Below are positions 40,983 through 49,953 of a stretch of 64,000 nt of DNA, piece after piece. How positions within the stretch are numbered: position 1 is the first letter of the stretch; each line of letters begins with the position of its first letter. The position numbers and the translations under genes are program-made. A model generated the notes under the pieces. The model saw nothing but the letters and a program-made list of their open reading frames with translations. It was not told where the DNA came from and ran no database searches. This DNA is from Candidatus Omnitrophota bacterium (lineage in GTDB: Bacteria > Omnitrophota > Gorgyraeia > Gorgyraeales > Gorgyraeaceae). The stretch covers positions 136,677 to 200,676 of the forward strand of contig JBDRJN010000003.1 in assembly GCA_043814965.1 (NCBI GenBank), written 5' to 3'.

Positions 40983-42554
40983 TTATTTCTTTTTAATACG
41001 AATTATCTTTTTTATAAGTCTTAATATAGGCCAAATAATAGGTCTCACAACAAATCTAAAGCTTTCTGAATCATAAATAGACTGTATTTCTTTTTCCTTC
41101 TTGTACACTTCCACATCTTTAGCTATTACCGCACAATTCAAATCATCTATATGCTGCATTTTTAATTTCAGTTCATTATTATTCTTTGCCATTACATCAT
41201 CCATATGGAAAATAATCTTTTTAAAACTATCTTCTCTTGTTTCTAATGTTTTTTCAAAGATCTTTATACTTTCGTCTTTAGATACAATCTCTTTCTCTAG
41301 GTTAGCTGTATACTCTTTTTTTTCTCGAAACTCGGATTCTTTATGTGCGAGGTTAATATTTTTTTCATCTATTGATTTCATTAGATTGTTTATATGTTTG
41401 TCTCTATCTCTAATAAATCCGTCTTGTTCAGCTAGGATTTTATCTCTTTTTAATATTTCTTCTTTTAGTTTCTCAATGTGGCCCAAGGCATCACTTAAGG
41501 ATTGATTAATGCTTACTATAGAGCGATCTTTTTCCTTTATAGACTCTTCTAAATTTAAAATTTTTGTTTTTCTCTCACTCAGAGTATTCTTGATATTTTC
41601 TAGTTCATTGCGTAGATTGTGGAGGTTGAGCGCTGTAACCTTATCTACACTTTCGCATAGCTTAGAAAGTATATCATAAACTTTTGATGCCTTATGATGC
41701 TTAGTCAGCTTTTTTGCTATAGAAAACAGTATCTCAAGATTTTTAGAATCATTTAACGTCCAAATCATATCATCGCCTTTTAATAAATCAGGAAGCTTAT
41801 CTGGAAAATGCTTAGCAAGAAACAAAAGACGATTTCTTTCACTGTAAAATCGCCTATCCTCTGTTTTCATAGAAGTACCATGAAGCCTATGGTAAACAAT
41901 ACTATTTGGTGCATATAGTATTGTTTTCTTTTTCTCTCTAAGGCGATAACATAGGTCAACGTCTTCCATATACATAATATAATCCTCGTCTAACATTCCT
42001 ACATCTAATAAAAATCTTCTACTATATAATGCAGCGCAATTTGATATGCTTTTGACCTCACATATCTCATCGTAATTCTCTCTCTTATCCAATAACCCTC
42101 TATCTCCATAATAAAAATGAGGAAATTCCTGATGCCCTGCACTTTGTAGTCTCCCATCCATAAATAAAATCCTGCTTCCAACAGCAGCTACTTTTTTATC
42201 CTTATCAAATAATCTCACTGATTCTTTTAAACAATTTTTATCAAGCTTCGTATCGTTATTTATCAAAAAGATATAGTCGCTTCTTGACTGCCTAATTGCT
42301 ATATTATTAGCTCTACAGAAATTATTAATATCATTTTTTATAATATTAACTTTTGGATATATTTTAGACACATACCCTATAGAGTCATCGCTAGAGCCAT
42401 TATCAACCATAGTTACTTTTAGTTTATTTTGTGAATAATTTAAATTAAAAACAGAATCGAAAAAAATTCTTAAATGTTTTTTTCCATTCAAATTAACTGT
42501 AATTATATCTACTGAGGGGTATTTCATCTGATTGCTTTCTCTTTTATACTCCAA
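40983..42554 (-). CDS. Glycosyltransferase family 2 with long coiled-coil
   Basis: VDNGSSD, NND, YMEDVD; heptad-rich C-terminal region. Confidence 0.88.
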   Translation of the reverse strand: MEYKRESNQMKYPSVDIITVNLNGKKHLRIFFDSVFNLNYSQNKLKVTMVDNGSSDDSIGYVSKIYPKVNIIKNDINNFCRANNIAIRQSRSDYIFLINNDTKLDKNCLKESVRLFDKDKKVAAVGSRILFMDGRLQSAGHQEFPHFYYGDRGLLDKRENYDEICEVKSISNCAALYSRRFLLDVGMLDEDYIMYMEDVDLCYRLREKKKTILYAPNSIVYHRLHGTSMKTEDRRFYSERNRLLFLAKHFPDKLPDLLKGDDMIWTLNDSKNLEILFSIAKKLTKHHKASKVYDILSKLCESVDKVTALNLHNLRNELENIKNTLSERKTKILNLEESIKEKDRSIVSINQSLSDALGHIEKLKEEILKRDKILAEQDGFIRDRDKHINNLMKSIDEKNINLAHKESEFREKKEYTANLEKEIVSKDESIKIFEKTLETREDSFKKIIFHMDDVMAKNNNELKLKMQHIDDLNCAVIAKDVEVYKKEKEIQSIYDSESFRFVVRPIIWPILRLIKKIIRIKKK

Positions 42555-44197
42555 AGATGTGGCATATATACAATCCCATGGTCTTTCTTATCAAAAAATA
42601 CTGTAAATTCTTTTGGCTTATCTTTGGATAACAAGACACTGCTGTTCTTGTCCTTTATCTCTATTGATATATAATACTCTCCTGCCAATAGGTTTAATTC
42701 TTCAATGTCAACCTCAAGCCTTACCGTACCTTTCTTTATAAACGGACTCTTTATTTTTTCTTTGATAACAAAACACAATGTCTTGTCTTTTCTATAGACT
42801 TTTGCAATGATCTCTCTTATATTTTCTATATAATCTGTTTCTATCAGCATCTTTACAAAATCCTCTGTATTGAATACTTGTTTTTCTTTTCCGTTCTTAT
42901 CAGCAAGCTTTATAGATATATCATCTTCCTTAAGCCTTGCAGTATCTTTATCCAAAAACTCCGGACTGCTTTTATATGGTTGAAAAAACAAGGCCCTATT
43001 GTTATCACCGTTTATAATGATTTTGTAACGCGCACAGTGATAGTCATAGGGGAAACTTTCTTCCTTTTCCCAGATAGCCGCTGAAAGACAATAAACGCCT
43101 GGGGATAACAATAGTTTTGGATAATACAGAGAGACTGTACCTTCCCCCTGGCATAATCTATCTATCAGAAAATTATCGAATCGCGTATTGGGACCATAAC
43201 AATAAAGTTTGTCTTTCCTGAATATAGCTACTCCAAAATGTGGGTCCAAGATCTCTTTATTTACCTTATAGGATATATCTATTCTTAACACATCTAAAGT
43301 ATTAATAGAATTTATCTCGTTATCTTCTTTATCATAAAAAGCTACTTTTGTTATTTCTACATCTTTATTTCCGAGACATTTGCCCCAGGTAGGTTCCACT
43401 CTATACGGAGATTCTCTTTCTTTTTTCTCTCTCATAGACTCGCTTAAAGCGTTCTTGTCAAAAAGTTTTACAGTTCTTTTTGCAGAATCTTCATACATCC
43501 TGGTTATCCTTGAAGACTCCCCTATTCCTTCAAGCCTGCCCTTTTTAAGATATAGGGCCTTATCTGTGACGTCTCTTATAAAATCAACTACCTGGGAAGC
43601 TATGACCAGATTCTTGCCTTGCACTTTGAATTCCTTTAGTTTTGCAGTGCATTTTTCTGAAAAACCAAGGTCCCCTACGCCTATGATCTCATCTATTAAA
43701 AGCACATCAAAATCAACATGTATCGCTATTGAAAACCCTAGCCTCATAAGCATACCTGTAGAATAGGTCTGGATAGGCGCGTCTATAAATCCGTCTAGCT
43801 CTGAGAAATCCACTATCGACTTATACTTTTCCCTTATCTCTTTTAATGACATGCCTAGGATAGTAGCGTTTAAATAGATATTCTCTTCCCCCGTAAGCTC
43901 CATATTAAACCCCGCGCCAAGAGTAAGAAGTGTAGAGACCCTGCCTTTTAGTTCTACGATGCCGCTTGTAGGGCTAGTAATACCAGCCAATACATTTAAA
44001 AGCACACTTTTACCTGCTCCGTTTAAGCCTACTATACCGAGCGATTCTCCCTTTTTTAGGCTAAAACTTATGTCCTTTAGAGCCCAGAGCTCTTCCCTCT
44101 GGACAGGCTTTATGAGTGTCGGAAGAATTGACCTAATAAGCGCGTCCTTTTCATGCGATACGATAAATTTTTTACTTAGATTTTTTACTTCTATCAT
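42524..44197 (-). CDS. wzt: Polysaccharide ABC transporter ATPase with tandem C-terminal Wzt_C-like domains
   Basis: GLNGAGKS, YSTGMLMRLGF, LIDE; follows wzm. Confidence 0.9.
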   Translation of the reverse strand: MIEVKNLSKKFIVSHEKDALIRSILPTLIKPVQREELWALKDISFSLKKGESLGIVGLNGAGKSVLLNVLAGITSPTSGIVELKGRVSTLLTLGAGFNMELTGEENIYLNATILGMSLKEIREKYKSIVDFSELDGFIDAPIQTYSTGMLMRLGFSIAIHVDFDVLLIDEIIGVGDLGFSEKCTAKLKEFKVQGKNLVIASQVVDFIRDVTDKALYLKKGRLEGIGESSRITRMYEDSAKRTVKLFDKNALSESMREKKERESPYRVEPTWGKCLGNKDVEITKVAFYDKEDNEINSINTLDVLRIDISYKVNKEILDPHFGVAIFRKDKLYCYGPNTRFDNFLIDRLCQGEGTVSLYYPKLLLSPGVYCLSAAIWEKEESFPYDYHCARYKIIINGDNNRALFFQPYKSSPEFLDKDTARLKEDDISIKLADKNGKEKQVFNTEDFVKMLIETDYIENIREIIAKVYRKDKTLCFVIKEKIKSPFIKKGTVRLEVDIEELNLLAGEYYISIEIKDKNSSVLLSKDKPKEFTVFFDKKDHGIVYMPHLWSIKEKAIR

Positions 44198-44201
44198 AGT
44201 C

Positions 44202-45029
44202 TTACTTCACCAAATCTATATAAATACTTTCTCTCTTCTTAAAATACCTGTAGCCTATTAAAAATATAGCTATTGAGCATATTGCTGAATACAAGATCAC
44301 TTTACCTAGGGCTATTTCTTTTGGCACTGAATTTAAGTAGGTATTTCCTAATAAAGATACCCTATATAAAGATATAAGACCTACAAATGGATTTACTGAA
44401 TAGAGATTAAAGGCATTTCTTGATATATTGATCACAAGCTCCAGTGGATAGAATATAGGGCTTAAATAAAACCAAAAAAGTAAGCCCACCTCTACCAGGA
44501 ACTTGACATCCCTATGCAGCACTTGAGCGCCTGCGACTATAAGGGCTAAACCGCTTATTAAAAGTATCTGCAGGATAAAAGCTACTGGAAGCAGTAATAA
44601 ATAAATGCTTGGTTTGATACCAAATATAATGACAAACAATACCACTATGACCAGAGTAAATAAGAAATTTATCACATTTGCCAGGACTATTGATAGAGGC
44701 ACTATCTCGCGTGGGAAATATACCTTTTTTATAAGCGCCCCTCCTTCCAATATGCTCATACAGGATGCTGAAAAAGTAAGAGCAAATAAGTTCCAAGGAA
44801 AAAGCCCGGTTATTAAAAATATAAAAAATGGATAACCCCTTACAGGTACTTTGAATAATCTGGTAAATACGAACATAAATATAAGGGTCATGAATATTGG
44901 TACGAGTAGTGCCCACAAAAACCCTAGTATCGGCTCTTTATATTTGACCCTTATCTCTTTCCAGGCAAGCATAAGAAGCAGTTCCCTATGTTTGATCAAC
45001 TCTTTGATATCTTTAACCCATACGTTCAT
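44202..45029 (-). CDS. wzm: Polysaccharide ABC transporter permease
   Basis: KEIRVKYK..LGFLW, KKVYFPRE, SPIFYP, NP. Confidence 0.92.
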   Translation of the reverse strand: MNVWVKDIKELIKHRELLLMLAWKEIRVKYKEPILGFLWALLVPIFMTLIFMFVFTRLFKVPVRGYPFFIFLITGLFPWNLFALTFSASCMSILEGGALIKKVYFPREIVPLSIVLANVINFLFTLVIVVLFVIIFGIKPSIYLLLLPVAFILQILLISGLALIVAGAQVLHRDVKFLVEVGLLFWFYLSPIFYPLELVINISRNAFNLYSVNPFVGLISLYRVSLLGNTYLNSVPKEIALGKVILYSAICSIAIFLIGYRYFKKRESIYIDLVK

Positions 45030-45417
45030 AATAGCCTTTCGTAAATATGTCTTTTTTTCGTTTTACCCAATAGCTAGCAATATTCTTATCAATAGTTTCA
45101 TTCAATAAGTCTTTTTTGAATATCTTAAGTAAGATCGAGACAGGTGTAAAAATGAGATAAAACCCTACGCTCAGCGTAACTACAGTAACTATCCGGTTTA
45201 GAAGAAATATTACCTTATCTATGATATATTTTAAGGGTTTTAAAATATGAGGCTCCAATATAGCTAATATAAAAACTGAGGAACCTATGAGAGAAAAATA
45301 GATAAAATGCCCCCTCCCTCTATAAAACATGATACATCCCAGGATATTCATGCCCAGGGCCATGTTAAACCCGAATTTTCGTAACTCAGTCGAGCTCAAA
45401 ATATTCCTCCTTATCAA
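45013..45417 (-). CDS. SxtJ-family membrane protein
   Basis: ELRKFG, FYLIFTP, SYW; directly follows the carbamoyltransferase. Confidence 0.72.
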   Translation of the reverse strand: MIRRNILSSTELRKFGFNMALGMNILGCIMFYRGRGHFIYFSLIGSSVFILAILEPHILKPLKYIIDKVIFLLNRIVTVVTLSVGFYLIFTPVSILLKIFKKDLLNETIDKNIASYWVKRKKDIFTKGYYERMG

Positions 45418-47197
45418 GATATGTATCTGGCTGCTCTCTTTTATCTAGTATAAAACTTCCCAAAACCAGGTAATCCATCTCTGTCCTCATAAAACACCTA
45501 TAAGAATCCTCGGGCGTACATACTATAGGCTCCCCTCTTACATTAAAAGATGTATTGATCACAACAGGGCAATTTGTCTTTTTATCAAGTTCCTTTAAAA
45601 GCTCGTAATACATATGATTTGGGCTGTCTTTGGATATAGTCTGCACTCTCGCTGAATAATCTACATGTGTCACAGCCGGGATAGTAGAGCGAGAGATCTT
45701 GAGCCTTTCAAAGCCCTTAGGTTCTTCGTAGGGCCTTGGCTCCAGCTTATCCTCTTTTACCTTTGCTACCAAAAGCATATAAGGGCTTTCCGAAGATATA
45801 TCAAAATACTCCCCTACTTTTTCAGCTAATACGCTTGGCGCAAAGGGCCTGAAAGATTCTCTAAATTTTATCTTTAAGTTTATCCTGGACTGCATGTCTT
45901 GACTTCTTGCGTCCCCCAGGATGCTTCTACCTCCAAGCGCCCTAGGCCCAAACTCCATCCTGCCCTGGAACCAGCCTATGACTTTTTCATCGATTATAAG
46001 CTCAGCTGTCTTCTTTAAAAGATCTTCTTTGGGGTATTTTTTAAAAGGGATATTACATCTAGTTAGATATTCTTCTATATATTCATCAGAAAAAGACGGC
46101 CCAAGAAAAGAGCCTTTTTGGCTGTCCCCATTAGAAACATGTCTAGGTTTATCGAGATATTTATGCCATATCCTTAATGCTGCTCCTATGGCTCCTCCCG
46201 CGTCCCCAGCTGCTGGCTGGATCCAGATATTTTTAAAAGGCCCTTCTTTTAGTACTTTTCCATTTGCTACACAATTAAGCGCCACTCCTCCTGCTAGACA
46301 TAGATTCTCCATGCCAGTTACTCTATGTACATACTTTACAGTCCTTAGCATGGCCTCTTCAGTCACTGCCTGGATAGACCTAGCCAGGTCCATGTCCTTC
46401 TGAGTGATCTTAGTCTCTTGCCTTCTGGGAGGGCCTCCAAATAGCTTGTTAAACCGATCATTTGTCATTGTAAGGCCCACACAGTAATTGAAATAATCCA
46501 TATTGAGCTTAAAAGAACCGTCTTCCTTGAGATCTATAAGGTTCTCTAGTATCAGGTCCTTATATTTAGGCTCACCATAAGGCGCAAGGCCCATGACCTT
46601 GTACTCAGCTGAATTTACCTTAAAACCTGTATAATAAGTAAACGCTGAATACAAAAGACCTAAAGAATGAGGGAATTTTATCTCATACATAAGGTCCAGG
46701 TCATTGCCGCTGCCTTTGCCAAAACTCGCTGTAGCCCATTCCCCCACGCCATCCATAGTGATAATAGCTGCTTCTTTGAATGGTGATGGATAAAAAGCAG
46801 AAGACGCATGAGACTCATGATGTTCCAGATATAGGATCTTTCCATGGTAATCAAGCTCTTCAGATATAAGAGACGGGATCCAAAGCCTTTCCTTAAGCCA
46901 TAAAGGTATTGCCTTGTAAAAAGACCTGAATCCAGAAGGCGCGTATGAAAGATATGTGGAAAGTATCCTCTCGAATTTTAAAAATATCTTATCATAAAAT
47001 GCTACATAGCTTAGGTCCTTTGCCTTGATACCAGTTTCCTTGAAGCAATATTGAATAGCATTTTTTGGAAAATTAAAATCCTGCTTTTTGCGTGTAAAGC
47101 GCTCTTCCTGCGCTGCGGCAATGATCTCGCCGTCTTTAATAAGAGCGCATGCTGAGTCATGATAAAAACAAGATATCCCAAGTATATAATTATTCAT
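45386..47197 (-). CDS. Carbamoyltransferase (NodU/CmcH family)
   Basis: HDS, QEERFTRKK, EHHESH, DGVGE, EYKVMGLAPYG, EFGPRALG, NTSFNVRGEP. Confidence 0.95.
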   Translation of the reverse strand: MNNYILGISCFYHDSACALIKDGEIIAAAQEERFTRKKQDFNFPKNAIQYCFKETGIKAKDLSYVAFYDKIFLKFERILSTYLSYAPSGFRSFYKAIPLWLKERLWIPSLISEELDYHGKILYLEHHESHASSAFYPSPFKEAAIITMDGVGEWATASFGKGSGNDLDLMYEIKFPHSLGLLYSAFTYYTGFKVNSAEYKVMGLAPYGEPKYKDLILENLIDLKEDGSFKLNMDYFNYCVGLTMTNDRFNKLFGGPPRRQETKITQKDMDLARSIQAVTEEAMLRTVKYVHRVTGMENLCLAGGVALNCVANGKVLKEGPFKNIWIQPAAGDAGGAIGAALRIWHKYLDKPRHVSNGDSQKGSFLGPSFSDEYIEEYLTRCNIPFKKYPKEDLLKKTAELIIDEKVIGWFQGRMEFGPRALGGRSILGDARSQDMQSRINLKIKFRESFRPFAPSVLAEKVGEYFDISSESPYMLLVAKVKEDKLEPRPYEEPKGFERLKISRSTIPAVTHVDYSARVQTISKDSPNHMYYELLKELDKKTNCPVVINTSFNVRGEPIVCTPEDSYRCFMRTEMDYLVLGSFILDKREQPDTYLDKEEYFELD

Positions 47198-47241
47198 CTA
47201 TCCTTTTTGTTGGTTTCAAGACACAAGACACATGTCACAAG

Positions 47242-47592
47242 TTAAAAGCTTTTATATAGCTTGTATAGCAAACCGCCGACATCCGATCTTATACTTTCTA
47301 AACTATTAAAAACTTCATTATTTAAATATCCTAATTGAAAACAAAATTCTAGCAAATATTCAGTTTCAGCCAATGAACCCAATGCTACGTTAACAAATTG
47401 CTTAAACTCTCCCTTGTTTTGGCGCCCTGAGCCTTCAACTATATTTGTCGGAACTGACAAAGATGCCCTGCGCAATTGTGAAGTCACTCCATACATCTCA
47501 TCTTTTGGAAAATTTTTAGTAACTAAATAAACTTTGTAGGCCAAATCATGAGCCTTCTGCCATACTAATAACTTCTTATATCCTTTTTCCAT
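47242..47592 (-). CDS. Four helix bundle protein (23S rRNA IVP/Avd-like family)
   Basis: LLVWQKA, FPKDEMYG.TSQLRRAS.SVPTNIVEG, ALGSLAE. Confidence 0.92.
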   Translation of the reverse strand: MEKGYKKLLVWQKAHDLAYKVYLVTKNFPKDEMYGVTSQLRRASLSVPTNIVEGSGRQNKGEFKQFVNVALGSLAETEYLLEFCFQLGYLNNEVFNSLESIRSDVGGLLYKLYKSF

Positions 47593-48917
47593 TTTCTTTC
47601 TTTGCTTGTGTCTTGCAACTTTTTAGCTGTTTCTTTTCCATCCAAGATAACATCTTCCATAGACATATATCTCCATGAGCCATATCTACCTGCTAGATGT
47701 ATATCAAAACCTTCAAGATAACCTTTTATCTTGTCTAGCGCGCTAGTCCTATGCTTATCGTAGACAACATATCCGTATTTTATATCTATTGGCACGCATG
47801 TCTCAATATCGCTTTCATTTTCTATGATATGCGTCTTCTTTAGAGACCTTGTTACATCATCCACTATCTTTTCTTTATTAATAGCGTCTTTTTCTACATA
47901 AGAGACTTCAGCATATAAAGAGGTCCTGCCTTGAGGCGCTACGCTCGTTGAAAAATTTGTAGGAAAACCCAATCTATAGAAATCCACGGACTCTTCAGGG
48001 TAATAGACCCAATGCTTATCTACAATGTCATCTTTTTTAATACCCAGATTGACAACATAGATAGATATATATTTAAGCATCGAGACTGCCTCTTTTATAT
48101 CGCTAGGCACATCATTTAAAAGGCTTATTAGTTCAGGTAGAGGAATGCTTGAAATAAGCCTTTCATAGCGCCTAGTGTCTTTATCTTTAAAATGTATCTT
48201 TTTATTGTATTGATCTATTGATAAAGCATGTTTTTCTAGATAGACATTATCCAGTGTTTTAGAAAAACTTTTTACTAATTCTGATATGCCTCCTTTTATC
48301 GGATACCAGAATCTCGCATTGTAACCATACGGCTTAGTATTTGAAGAAATAGCGCCTGTCACAGTGTCTTCAAGGCTTGGTACTGGGATAAAGCCATCCA
48401 GCCAGTCGCAGGTAATATCTCTCGGCTCTTCTCTCCAGAATTTTCTATTGTAGGGGAGCATAAAATGCTCTGCTATGCCATCACCAAACGTCTTTCTGAT
48501 CCAGTTCTCGAAATTTCCATTTAACTTTACATTGCCAGCCTTGACCTCTCCTCTGGCATTTATAAAACCGACCAGGCATTCTTTTACTATATCCTTTGGA
48601 AGGCCGTAAAGATTAGCCTGAAAAGGGTACCTTGTAAAACTTCCTTTGGAATATATCCATGAATTTCTCTTATGAGGAGCAAGATTCCCCTCTAAAAGTT
48701 CATTAAGCAATGAAAATACGTACTCTCCTCTAAAATGGAGCAGGTGTCCGTCATAATCAAATATATAGCCATCCTTGGCTATGGACCTAGCCATACCGCC
48801 TAATTCAGATTCCTTCTCGAACAGCGCGTAATCTTTTTTAAGGTGATAGGCTGAGCTAAGGCCTGCCAGCCCTCCCCCCAAGATAAGAACATTTTCTCTT
48901 TTTTCATCCATAAACAT
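47565..48917 (-). CDS. FAD-dependent oxidoreductase (protoporphyrinogen oxidase/UDP-galactopyranose mutase-like)
   Basis: GGGLAGL, FEKE...GG, FDYDGH, GRYGSWRY. Confidence 0.85.
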   Translation of the reverse strand: MFMDEKRENVLILGGGLAGLSSAYHLKKDYALFEKESELGGMARSIAKDGYIFDYDGHLLHFRGEYVFSLLNELLEGNLAPHKRNSWIYSKGSFTRYPFQANLYGLPKDIVKECLVGFINARGEVKAGNVKLNGNFENWIRKTFGDGIAEHFMLPYNRKFWREEPRDITCDWLDGFIPVPSLEDTVTGAISSNTKPYGYNARFWYPIKGGISELVKSFSKTLDNVYLEKHALSIDQYNKKIHFKDKDTRRYERLISSIPLPELISLLNDVPSDIKEAVSMLKYISIYVVNLGIKKDDIVDKHWVYYPEESVDFYRLGFPTNFSTSVAPQGRTSLYAEVSYVEKDAINKEKIVDDVTRSLKKTHIIENESDIETCVPIDIKYGYVVYDKHRTSALDKIKGYLEGFDIHLAGRYGSWRYMSMEDVILDGKETAKKLQDTSKERKWKKDIRSY

Positions 48918-48958
48918 TTAAACCTTTAGACCTTTAAACTTTTAGACTTTTAAACTAA
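48911..48958. repeat. Degenerate 8-bp tandem repeat x6
   Basis: taaacatt taaacctt tagacctt taaacttt tagacttt taaactaa. Confidence 0.75.
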
Positions 48959-49953
48959 TCCTCTATCCTGACCATCCCGACTTTTTTACCCATGATAAAA
49001 AAAAGCATTACTACTATTAAAAGAATAATACCTGCTGCCTTAGTAGAGCCAAATGCGACTATAAGCGAAGAAACCGCAATGACAATGCTAAAAAAATACA
49101 TCGCCAGCACGCTCTTTCTGACACTATACCCCATAGTGACTAACCTCAGCGCTATATGGTCATCTGACTTTTTAAAAACTATTTTCTTCTTCTTCATCCT
49201 CATAAATACCAAAAATAAAGTGTCATATATAGGTAAGCTTAAAACAACTATAGGGGTAAGCAATGCTATAGGCCTATTAATAGGAGCATAGCTGATATTT
49301 ATAGAGGCCACTCCCAATAAAAACCCCAAAAATAAGCTTCCTGTATCCCCCATATATAACTTAGCGGGATTAAAATTATACAATAAAAATCCAAGATTAG
49401 CGCCTATAAATCCAGCAAGGACTATGCTGGACAAACTATCCCCTTTTATGGCTGATATCACCAAAAGGCTCGAGGATATGATGACCGCAAGCCCTGATGC
49501 CAGGCCATCCGCGATATCCAAAAGATTAAACGCATTTATTATAAAGATCATCCATGCGACTGTAAGTAGTATATTGAGAAAACCCGGTAAATATACGGTC
49601 TTTATATGTATACCAAAAAATATCATTATAGCTATAGCAATAAGCTCTACTATGATCTTTTTAAAGGGCGATAGGTCCTTCATGTCATCCAAAAATCCTA
49701 AAGCCACTATTAAACCCGAAGAAACCACTAGTCCTATCAATTTAACGCCAAAGCCATTTACATATTTATAAAATAACGCCATCGCTATAATAAAAGAGAC
49801 AAATATAGCTATCCCTCCCAGGCAAGGCATGCGCTTATCGCTATCTTTTTTAGGCCTTGAAAATATATCAAGCCCTTTACTGATCTTTATGGTAAAAGGC
49901 GTAAGAAAGACTGCTATAATGAATGTTACTAAGATACATATTAGATAGATCAA
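48955..49953 (-). CDS. WecA/TagO-like undecaprenyl-phosphate sugar-1-phosphate transferase (MraY family)
   Basis: GGIAIF, GFLDD, NAFNLLDIADGL, YMGDTGS. Confidence 0.9.
   Translation of the reverse strand: MIYLICILVTFIIAVFLTPFTIKISKGLDIFSRPKKDSDKRMPCLGGIAIFVSFIIAMALFYKYVNGFGVKLIGLVVSSGLIVALGFLDDMKDLSPFKKIIVELIAIAIMIFFGIHIKTVYLPGFLNILLTVAWMIFIINAFNLLDIADGLASGLAVIISSSLLVISAIKGDSLSSIVLAGFIGANLGFLLYNFNPAKLYMGDTGSLFLGFLLGVASINISYAPINRPIALLTPIVVLSLPIYDTLFLVFMRMKKKKIVFKKSDDHIALRLVTMGYSVRKSVLAMYFFSIVIAVSSLIVAFGSTKAAGIILLIVVMLFFIMGKKVGMVRIED

Noticed and set aside
45013-47197. Saxitoxin gene cluster
   Set aside because: Only generic carbamoyltransferase and SxtJ-like genes; no sxtA or amidinotransferase; context is glycan export.
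47242-47592. Diversity-generating retroelement or 23S rRNA intervening sequence
   Set aside because: No reverse transcriptase, template/variable repeat pair or rRNA gene in the window.
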